Numbered from the stretch's first letter, positions 1 to 6,222 are shown. The stretch is DNA of 39,241 nt from a virus (IMGVR_UViG_3300015262_000003:1-39241); one strand, 5' to 3'. Translations and numbers: made by a program. Notes: generated from the sequence alone by a model not told the origin.

Positions 1-423
1 ACTGGTCAACCAGTGGAGTTGACACACTCAGCTAAAATTGTATTTATGTATATGATGGATCGTACATCTTTCTTTACTGATGATCAAAAGAGTGATCATT
101 ATGAAACTCAGGCTACAATTGCTGATGCTTGTGGTATGGAGTATAAAGCGGCTGCGAGAGCTTTGAAGTCTTTCGTGGAACACGGAGCTATTATTGCTAA
201 GAAACAGAGGAACTTGAAACTTAGTCCTCATAGTCAATGGTATTATAAATCTGTAGACACTACGATTGAACTATTCAAGAAGGATGGGAGTGACTATGTT
301 TGTATGTCAAACGGTGTTGTGATTGGAGTGACCAGCAAGAAAGAAGTGGTTGACAATGATGATCACACTGAATACAGTGATGACTTCTTAAACAGTATTG
401 ATTTTACAGGAGAATGTATATGA
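1..423 (+). CDS. Helix-turn-helix protein (DUF6945-like phage winged-HTH), probably 5'-truncated by the window edge
   Basis: The frame is open from base 1 (act ggt caa cca gtg). The segment ETQATIADACGMEYKAAARALKSFVEHGAI has HTH character and is followed by an acidic C-terminus. Confidence 0.5.
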   Translation, partial: TGQPVELTHSAKIVFMYMMDRTSFFTDDQKSDHYETQATIADACGMEYKAAARALKSFVEHGAIIAKKQRNLKLSPHSQWYYKSVDTTIELFKKDGSDYVCMSNGVVIGVTSKKEVVDNDDHTEYSDDFLNSIDFTGECI

Positions 424-797
424 GTAAGTTTGATAAGATTAAACAGGCTATCACGATCTATCGTAAAATGCTTGATGGTAACAATATGGACAATGGTCAA
501 AAGCGTTGGGAGTTTTATGGTGTACAGCTTCGGATTGCACAAGCAGCGTACAATTTCAATGGTTACATTGTGACTGGTACTCGACACTCATGCCCTATCA
601 TGCAATTACAAATGATTGCTATTGGTGATGATTTGCTGGATGATTGGTGTGGTGATAATGAAATGATCCAAGGTTTCACTGACCAGTATGGAAACTTCCA
701 CAATCGTAAAGATGCTTATGTGATTGCTAAAGCTGCTGGTCAAATCATTCGTGAGGATGTCAAACCGGGAACTCTGTTCAGCGAGTGTTATGTCTGA
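420..797 (+). CDS. Conserved phage hypothetical protein
   Basis: The ATG at 420 overlaps the upstream stop (ATGA) and has AGGAG upstream. The motif QGFTDQYGNFHNRKDAYVIAKAAGQI...LFSEC is one I recognise from lytic phage hypotheticals. Confidence 0.75.
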   Translation: MSKFDKIKQAITIYRKMLDGNNMDNGQKRWEFYGVQLRIAQAAYNFNGYIVTGTRHSCPIMQLQMIAIGDDLLDDWCGDNEMIQGFTDQYGNFHNRKDAYVIAKAAGQIIREDVKPGTLFSECYV

Positions 798-916
798 TGC
801 GTTATGAAGAACACACAATGATGGATGGTACGATTATTCAGATTCCAATTGAACATGATCCAGAAGACATGATGTCTGGTGCTTTAGATACTGATGATTA
901 CGATTGTTATGCGTAA
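797..916 (+). CDS. Small acidic hypothetical protein (39 aa, MRYEEHTMMDGTIIQIPIEHDPEDMMSGALDTDDYDCYA), absent from the ORF track
   Basis: The start overlaps the upstream stop (TGATG at 795-799) and the frame is open to TAA at 914-916. Confidence 0.55.
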   Translation: MRYEEHTMMDGTIIQIPIEHDPEDMMSGALDTDDYDCYA

Positions 917-1038
917 TTTTGACCACCTCCAGACGTTTTAACACAAAAGACATACCAACGCCTAGCTTTAAGGAGAACGTCGTTTTAGTAGGTATTTTTA
1001 GCAGTAAATAAGCAATAGAAATAAACTATTGAACATCC

Positions 1039-1068
1039 TTGACAAATAGCAATATCAAATGTTACTCT
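1039..1068 (+). promoter_or_regulatory. sigma70-type promoter
   Basis: TTGACA (1039-1044), an 18-nt spacer ending TGt, then TACTCT (1063-1068), followed by TCACTT. Confidence 0.6.
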
Positions 1069-1099
1069 TCACTTATTAAATAACTGAAGGAGTAACAAT

Positions 1100-1288
1100 G
1101 TGCAACGTATTACAGATGAGGTTTATAAAATTGACGAATTGATGCAATTGATTGCAGAACAGAAACAAGACATGCTTGATACTGAGTTTGATGATTTGAA
1201 TGATCCCGTAAGATCATTTCGATTTGAATATGCTCATGAGAGTGTAACTGAAACTAATAGTCGCTTTAAACGGAGGAATTCATTTTGA
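1100..1288 (+). CDS. Hypothetical protein (62 aa). The frame continues past the TGA to 1363.
   Basis: GTG start with AAGGAG 7 nt upstream, directly downstream of the promoter at 1039-1068. Confidence 0.6.
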   Translation: MQRITDEVYKIDELMQLIAEQKQDMLDTEFDDLNDPVRSFRFEYAHESVTETNSRFKRRNSF

Positions 1289-1365
1289 ATAAAGAAAGCG
1301 GAACTGGTGCAGGAGAAGAGTATGAAGGCTTCTGATATCATTAGTGAAGAAGAATGGATCTAGTA

Positions 1366-1394
1366 TTGACTTAATTAGTTTTTATTGATACAAT
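1366..1394 (+). promoter_or_regulatory. sigma70-type promoter of the ncRNA/tRNA operon
   Basis: TTGACT (1366-1371), 17-nt spacer, TACAAT (1389-1394). The predicted start is near 1401. Confidence 0.75.
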
Positions 1395-1405
1395 AGCAAC
1401 TTAAA

Positions 1406-1670
1406 GGAAGACTTTCTTCCTTTCTCTATTTAAGAGCATACACTTCGTGGATGTATCGCATAAAGTCTCTCTCCTACTGAGTGCGGGTGAATCGAAGTGG
1501 TGCTACTAAAGATTATTGTGAGTGAACATGCCCTTCTGCAATCTTTAGTATCTATTCAAGAACATTTACCCGACAAGGAAATGTAGCAGAACACGCTTAA
1601 TCAAGACGCTGATTATTCTATTAGCCGTTCAGGCACTGAAAGAAGATTGACGAATCTTTAAAGTCTTCCA
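1406..1670 (+). ncRNA. Putative ~265-nt structured non-coding RNA, family unrecognised
   Basis: A perfect 10-bp terminal stem (GGAAGACTTT 1406-1415 with AAAGTCTTCC 1660-1669) encloses six hairpins. The element ends in CCA at 1670, has no ORF of 60 aa or more, and lies between a promoter and the tRNAs. Confidence 0.65.
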
Positions 1671-1698
1671 TTGGTGTAAATGGGAGCGAGAATTCAAA

Positions 1699-1776
1699 TG
1701 GCGTCTAGCAATCAAGGTGAATGCGCTGGACTGTTAATCCAGATAGAGCCCGGTTCGATGCCGGGGATGCCAGCCA
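1699..1776 (+). tRNA. trnN: tRNA-Asn (GTT)
   Basis: Acceptor TGGCGTC/GATGCCA, anticodon arm CTGGA-CTGTTAA-TCCAG, T-loop TTCGATG, encoded CCA. Confidence 0.95.
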
Positions 1777-1784
1777 AACAAATT

Positions 1785-1860
1785 GCCGTTATAGCTCAGA
1801 TGGTAGAGCGCTAACCTTGTAAGTTAGATGTCACGAGTTCGATTCTTGTTGACGGCACCA
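1785..1860 (+). tRNA. trnT: tRNA-Thr (TGT)
   Basis: Acceptor GCCGTTA/TGACGGC, D-arm TAGCTCAGATGGTAGAGC, anticodon arm CTAAC-CTTGTAA-GTTAG, T-loop TTCGATT, encoded CCA. Confidence 0.95.
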
Positions 1861-1866
1861 AACAAT

Positions 1867-1992
1867 ACGACATGATGAGACATGAATTGTGGAGGGTTCG
1901 AAACTTCCTATAAGAGTGGTATGGGTCTTTTACTCATTAAGACTAACTTAGCGGTTAGTGTATAGTTGGTTCGATTCCAACTTGTCGTACCA
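1867..1992 (+). ncRNA. 126-nt tRNA-like RNA (acceptor stem, T-arm and CCA, with a non-canonical interior)
   Basis: ACGACA pairs with TGTCGT-A-CCA, and the T-arm is AGTTGG-TTCGATT-CCAACT. There is a second T-like loop GGAGG-GTTCGAAA-CTTCC. I find no canonical D or anticodon arm. The AACAAT spacers on both sides match those flanking the neighbouring tRNAs. Confidence 0.75.
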
Positions 1993-1998
1993 AACAAT

Positions 1999-2077
1999 AG
2001 AGGATTCGCCAAGTCTGGTCTAAGGCATCAGGTTTTGATCCTGACATTCACTAGTTCGAATCTAGTATCCTCTTCCA
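1999..2077 (+). tRNA. trnQ: tRNA-Gln (TTG)
   Basis: Acceptor AGAGGAT/ATCCTCT, anticodon arm TCAGG-TTTTGAT-CCTGA, T-arm ACTAG-TTCGAAT-CTAGT, encoded CCA. Confidence 0.95.
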
Positions 2078-2109
2078 TTTCAATAACCAATTAATAGGAA
2101 TAAGCCAAC

Positions 2110-3453
2110 ATGAGTAAAGATGAACTAATTGAGGCGTATTCACTAATTGGCGTTAGAGGTATGCTTGCTGAAGGGTTATTTGATAACTTGACACTAGCTT
2201 TAGATAATGTAAATAATACTGCTGACTTCTTCAAACCTTTTAAACCTTTGAGTCGTGAATTTGCTGTCTTCGGTGATAGTCGAACTGCTCAATGTCATAC
2301 AATTGCAGCAACAGCCTTCTCCACTGAAAACTATGGTTATGCCTTTTGGGCTGCTCAAGTTTCCGGTGGCTTTTGTCCAACTACTAATAACTTCGGTGTT
2401 GGTGGTGATACTACAGCAATGATGTTAGCTCGTATTTCTGCTGTAGTTGCATGTCCAGCTGATATTGTATTGTTCATGGGTGGGACGAACGACCGTACTG
2501 GTGGAATGACTGTTGCTGATACCAAACGAAACATTATCTCGATTGTACGTCGCTTGCAGAAAGCAGGTAAGATTGTAATCGTCGGTAATGATACTCCGCG
2601 ATTTGGTAGTAAAGCATTAACAGCTCCACAACAACTTGACCATGAATCTATTCGTGATTGGGTAACTAATGAATTGTCCAAGATCACTCCTGTCGCTGAC
2701 ACTTATTCACTGATCAATCAGAGTGACTTGTGGGACGACCTTCATATAAACGTCAAAGGTGCATATAAGGTTGGTGCTCTAGGTTTTGGTCCTGTATTAG
2801 CTAAATACATTCGACTTGGTGTTGATCTTCCAACAGAATCAACAGACCTTTGGAGTGTTAACAATACAACTGGTAGCCTTACAGCAAATCCGCTGATGAC
2901 AGGTAATGTAACCCAAAGTACCGGGTCAGTCAATCCTGTCGCTGGTAGTGTGGTGGCAACAGGGTTTAAAGGTGCTGGTAGTGCGTTCACAGGAGTGACA
3001 ACACAGTGGTCTAAAGAAGCTGCCTTGTTTGGTGAGTCTCAAGTTATTGCATTTGCAGGAACAGCAACTACAGCTGCTGCTTATTTGGCTGTATCGCCAA
3101 CAGCGACATTCCCACTTGCTAACTTGTCAGCTGGTAATGTTATTAGTTTGATGTGTGGGTTTGATCTAATTGGCGACGGTGTTGGTATCCTTGGTGTAAC
3201 AGCTGAATTAATGGTAACTAAACCAGTAGCCTCAGTATCAACAACCATTTACTACCGTGATGGTGATAAATATGTAGATCCTCACTCGATGCCAGCTGGT
3301 GCTGTTTCAGGTGCGCTGGACACTCAACGTTATACTGTTGATGGTACAGAAACTGCAATTGTTGCACGAATTAGTATTTATTTGGCACAGAATGTTCCAC
3401 TTAATTCTTCGGTTAAGATTCGTCAGTTTGCAGTTCGCAAACACACAGCTTAA
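2110..3453 (+). CDS. SGNH/GDSL-family esterase with an N-terminal anchor-like module and a beta-rich C-terminal domain, probably virion-associated
   Basis: SGNH blocks are present: FGDSRT (I), GVGGDTT (II), GGTND (III) and DDLH (V). The first ~27 aa are similar to the N-terminus of 5813..6097. Confidence 0.8.
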   Translation: MSKDELIEAYSLIGVRGMLAEGLFDNLTLALDNVNNTADFFKPFKPLSREFAVFGDSRTAQCHTIAATAFSTENYGYAFWAAQVSGGFCPTTNNFGVGGDTTAMMLARISAVVACPADIVLFMGGTNDRTGGMTVADTKRNIISIVRRLQKAGKIVIVGNDTPRFGSKALTAPQQLDHESIRDWVTNELSKITPVADTYSLINQSDLWDDLHINVKGAYKVGALGFGPVLAKYIRLGVDLPTESTDLWSVNNTTGSLTANPLMTGNVTQSTGSVNPVAGSVVATGFKGAGSAFTGVTTQWSKEAALFGESQVIAFAGTATTAAAYLAVSPTATFPLANLSAGNVISLMCGFDLIGDGVGILGVTAELMVTKPVASVSTTIYYRDGDKYVDPHSMPAGAVSGALDTQRYTVDGTETAIVARISIYLAQNVPLNSSVKIRQFAVRKHTA

Positions 3454-3480
3454 AAAGAAATGATGTAGTAGTACCCTGAA

Positions 3481-3543
3481 GGCAGCACATATGTTGCCAT
3501 AATAAGGAGGTGGTCCTATATCTCTAGGCCGTTTATCGAGGCG
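3481..3543 (+). other. Intergenic structured element containing a 14-nt complement of the 16S rRNA 3' end, with no downstream start codon
   Basis: TAAGGAGGTGGTCC at 3503-3516. It is flanked by the hairpins GGCAGCA-CATA-TGTTGCC (3481-3498) and GG(T)CCTA-TATCTC-TAGGCC (3512-3530). Confidence 0.5.
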
Positions 3544-3574
3544 TAGTCAAAAAGTATCGGTTTTAAAAATAACA

Positions 3575-3604
3575 TAAACCCAGCCTAAGTGCTGGGTTTA
3601 TTTG
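3575..3604 (+). terminator. Intrinsic terminator
   Basis: TAAACCCAGC-CTAAGT-GCTGGGTTTA (10-bp stem) followed by TTT. Confidence 0.75.
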
Positions 3605-3625
3605 TATCTATAAGAGGTTAAATTT

Positions 3626-3976
3626 ATGAAAATGCTGCCACATAAAAGGGGTGATAGTTTCTCGCGTCTTACGGAAATTCCTGTAACAAATGAAGATGGT
3701 TCACCAGCATTTGCGGATGGTTATTTTGTAGGGTGGACAGTTCGTGCGCAAGTAAGGACAGCAAAGTTTGATAAATTCTTGTCAGAGTTGGAGTGTTCAT
3801 GGGTTGATCCTTTGACCACTAGAATCCTTAGAGTTCAAGATTTTGATACCAAAAATTGGGAACTTGGACCAGCTGAGATGGATGTTGAATTTACTCGTGT
3901 ATCTGACAACTTCATTCAATCAACTGCAACATTGAGTTTCGATGTTATTAAAGATGTAACTAGAGAAATTGTTTAA
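3626..3976 (+). CDS. Probable virion structural protein (beta-sandwich, BppU N-terminal-like)
   Basis: GAGG RBS. The pattern HKRGDSF...GWTVRAQVR...MDVEFT...ST is typical of small phage fibre-base proteins. It is the first gene of the appendage cassette. Confidence 0.5.
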   Translation: MKMLPHKRGDSFSRLTEIPVTNEDGSPAFADGYFVGWTVRAQVRTAKFDKFLSELECSWVDPLTTRILRVQDFDTKNWELGPAEMDVEFTRVSDNFIQSTATLSFDVIKDVTREIV

Positions 3977-4173
3977 TGGACACTATCACACTTAAATTTA
4001 CTAATGAACAACCAACACTCATATTGATGCCAGTTGAACCACAAAATGCACCAGCTTCATTTGTAAGTGTGTTGGTTGGTGAGAAAGGTCAATCAGGTGA
4101 TATTGGTGTAACGGATGATCTAGATGGTTTTACCACAGATCCACTATTCTACTACATACTAGCGAGTACATAA
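3976..4173 (+). CDS. Small virion-associated protein with a short collagen-like motif
   Basis: TAATG overlap with the upstream gene and a GEKGQSGD Gly-X-Y motif. Confidence 0.5.
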   Translation: MDTITLKFTNEQPTLILMPVEPQNAPASFVSVLVGEKGQSGDIGVTDDLDGFTTDPLFYYILAST

Positions 4174-4174
4174 A

Positions 4175-4666
4175 ATGTCATTACAAGATCAACTTGTTTC
4201 ATTGTGCCAAGCAATCGGCGCAGATATCAAAGCAGCTAAAGCAGTTGATGGTAATCTTTCGTCTCTGTCAACATCTGCTAAAACTAACTTGGTAGCAGCA
4301 ATCAATGAAATTTATGCATTGGTTGGAACTGGTGGTGTTACGATAAATGACGCCAGCACTGTAAGTACAACTCAAACTTGGTCAGCAAGTAAATCAACAG
4401 CTGCCATCGCCGCTGCAATATCGTCACTTCAAAACTCTCTGGTCAATGGCGCTGGTACTGCACTGGATACACTTAAGGAGTTAGAAACAGCTCTTGGTGG
4501 TGACGCCAACTTCGCGGCAACAGTAGCAACATCACTCGGTAATCGTGTTCGTTTTGATGCTGTTCAAACTCTTACATCTGGTCAACAACTGCAAGCTTTG
4601 ACTAACCTTGGCGTGGGTGATCCTACTCATAACTATGTCACTGACTACAACACAGCTAAGGCTTAA
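4175..4666 (+). CDS. Fibre/appendage protein (helical stalk)
   Basis: The motifs QAIGADIK, TSAKTNLVAAINEI and ALDTLKELETALGGDANFA are typical of phage fibre proteins. Confidence 0.65.
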   Translation: MSLQDQLVSLCQAIGADIKAAKAVDGNLSSLSTSAKTNLVAAINEIYALVGTGGVTINDASTVSTTQTWSASKSTAAIAAAISSLQNSLVNGAGTALDTLKELETALGGDANFAATVATSLGNRVRFDAVQTLTSGQQLQALTNLGVGDPTHNYVTDYNTAKA

Positions 4667-4668
4667 TT

Positions 4669-5151
4669 ATGAGCCAAGAGACTGAACTGACAGCGTTAGC
4701 TCAGGCAATTGGTGCTGATATCAAAAGTCTGAACACTAACAAGGTTTCTGTTGTAGCAGGTAAAGGACTATCTACTAATGATTATACAACAGTTGAGAAA
4801 ACTAAACTAGGTACAACATTGGCTCCGGGATATGACAACTTACTGGTGAATGCTGCATCAACAGGCACAGTAACTTTGAACGTTTCAAGTACAACTGTTT
4901 TCAACCTGACATTGACTGGTAATACTACAATTGCTTTCTCTGGTGTGCCTACACCAACAAACCAAAGTTATAGTTGGCTTGTAAGGGTTACTATGGGTGG
5001 TACAACTCGTACATTGACGTGGCCAACAGTCACTTGGTATACACCGGGAGGCATTCCACCAGATCCACCAGCTATCGGTAAAGTAGTTGAGTATATCTTT
5101 AGTACAGAGAACGGAACAACCATCTTTGGTGGTAAAGGTCGATATACATGA
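4669..5151 (+). CDS. Fibre/appendage protein with an N-terminus paralogous to 4175..4666
   Basis: Shares MS..L..L.QAIGADIK with 4175..4666. Contains the fibre motif KVSVVAGKGLSTNDYTTVEKTKL and a beta-rich C-terminal domain. Confidence 0.65.
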   Translation: MSQETELTALAQAIGADIKSLNTNKVSVVAGKGLSTNDYTTVEKTKLGTTLAPGYDNLLVNAASTGTVTLNVSSTTVFNLTLTGNTTIAFSGVPTPTNQSYSWLVRVTMGGTTRTLTWPTVTWYTPGGIPPDPPAIGKVVEYIFSTENGTTIFGGKGRYT

Positions 5152-5783
5152 GTCTAGCTAAACTTCTTTGGACTATCCCAACAGTACCTACTGATGTTCC
5201 AGCAATCGGGAGTGCTTGGCAAGGTGGCTATTACGGTGGAAAGATTGTAATTGATGGAACTACATATGGATTGGTTGTATCACCTAAAGCAACTGGGCAA
5301 GGGTATCTTGTTTACAGAACTTCAGGCGCTGCATTCACAGGTAATACATCAACTTATGATGGTTGGACAATCAGAGCGAATATGATTGCAGCTGGTATTG
5401 ATGACTTTCCAGCGCAGAAGGCTTGCATGGGTTTGACAATTGGTGGATTCACTGATTGGTATATGCCTTCCAAGTTGGAGATGGAGATAATCTATCGTAA
5501 CCTGAAACCAACAACTACATCAAACAACACTTCATCTGGCGCGAATGCTTATGCTGTTCCTCCAACAATCAACTATGTTGCCACAAACCCAACTAGAACA
5601 GTCGTAACAGCGTTTAGGTCTACAGGTACTGAATTCTTCGACAGTTCTTACTACTTTACAGCAACACAAGGTATTGATGGTAACACATATGCACATGGTA
5701 AGTTATTTACTTCAGGTGTAGACGGTGCGGATTTATATACTGCACCTTATAACGTAAGAGCAATTCGAAGAGTTGCTGTTTAA
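5148..5783 (+). CDS. DUF1566/Lcl-like (C-type lectin fold) putative adhesin
   Basis: IGSAWQGGYYGG, DWYMPSKLEM, YFTAT and a terminal YNVRAIRRV. ATGA-coupled to the upstream gene. Confidence 0.65.
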   Translation: MSLAKLLWTIPTVPTDVPAIGSAWQGGYYGGKIVIDGTTYGLVVSPKATGQGYLVYRTSGAAFTGNTSTYDGWTIRANMIAAGIDDFPAQKACMGLTIGGFTDWYMPSKLEMEIIYRNLKPTTTSNNTSSGANAYAVPPTINYVATNPTRTVVTAFRSTGTEFFDSSYYFTATQGIDGNTYAHGKLFTSGVDGADLYTAPYNVRAIRRVAV

Positions 5784-5812
5784 ATCAAATCAATCAAAAG
5801 GAAACTATAAAT

Positions 5813-6097
5813 ATGGCTATTACAACTCGTGCCGAACTAATCGAAACTCTGTCGCTGCTTGGTGTTATGGGTGCTGCTCGTGAAGGCTTGCTGGATGCAA
5901 TGTTTGCGGCTGGTGGTTATACTCTCCCCGCTGCAAGTACAACTGTAGTTGGTGGTGTCAAGAAGGCTGTAGCTGTTCCAGACCTTGCCGCACAAACAGT
6001 AACTGATATTGCAACTGCCCAAACCGCAATTACTGCAATTGTTACTAAGCTCAATGCTTTGCTTGCAGCTTCTCGTACAGCTGGTCAGCTCACTTAA
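5813..6097 (+). CDS. Head fibre/decoration-like protein
   Basis: The pattern YTLPAAS...GGVKKAVAVPD...KLNALLAASRTAG is typical of head fibre proteins. AAGGA RBS. Confidence 0.65.
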   Translation: MAITTRAELIETLSLLGVMGAAREGLLDAMFAAGGYTLPAASTTVVGGVKKAVAVPDLAAQTVTDIATAQTAITAIVTKLNALLAASRTAGQLT

Positions 6098-6106
6098 TAG
6101 AATATT

Positions 6107-6130
6107 GCCCCACTTCGGTGGGGCTTTTCT
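6107..6130 (+). terminator. Intrinsic terminator
   Basis: GCCCCAC-TTCG-GTGGGGC followed by TTTTCT. Confidence 0.9.
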
Positions 6131-6131
6131 T

Positions 6132-6197
6132 TATTTGTCAAATAGATAAATCCTATCAAGTATTGACAAATAATAGAATATTTGATATTCTTCACTT
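6132..6197 (+). promoter_or_regulatory. sigma70 promoter of the small terminase gene, with a 10-bp inverted repeat over the -35 box
   Basis: TTGACA (6163-6168), 17-nt spacer, TATTCT (6186-6191), then TCACTT. TATTTGTCAA (6132-6141) is the reverse complement of TTGACAAATA (6163-6172). Confidence 0.7.
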
Positions 6198-6222
6198 TAT
6201 AACCAAAAGAAAGGAGACATTG

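Noticed and set aside
1406-1670. Canonical tmRNA
   Set aside because: There is no G3-U70 pair, no GGGGC 5' end and no canonical T-loop next to the 3' strand, and I could not identify a tag reading frame. Kept as an unclassified ncRNA.
1867-1992. tRNA-Met (CAT at 1935-1937) or an intron-containing tRNA
   Set aside because: The CTCAT is not centred in a 7-nt loop on a 5-bp stem, there is no D-arm, and the interior is too short for a self-splicing intron.
5148-5783. Diversity-generating retroelement target
   Set aside because: The fold type fits, but I see no template-repeat copy of the 3' end and no reverse transcriptase in the window. One elsewhere in the genome cannot be excluded.
6113-6141. 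Divergent antisense promoter from the inverted TTGACA at 6141-6136
   Set aside because: There is no -10-like hexamer at 16-18 nt on the - strand, because that position falls in the GC-rich terminator stem.
6118-6222. N-terminal extensions in the ORF track (6118, 12104, 13700, 14050, 29922, 32406, 35834, 37274)
   Set aside because: They run through terminators, promoters or upstream genes and lack an RBS. Downstream starts have good SD sequences or stop-start coupling.
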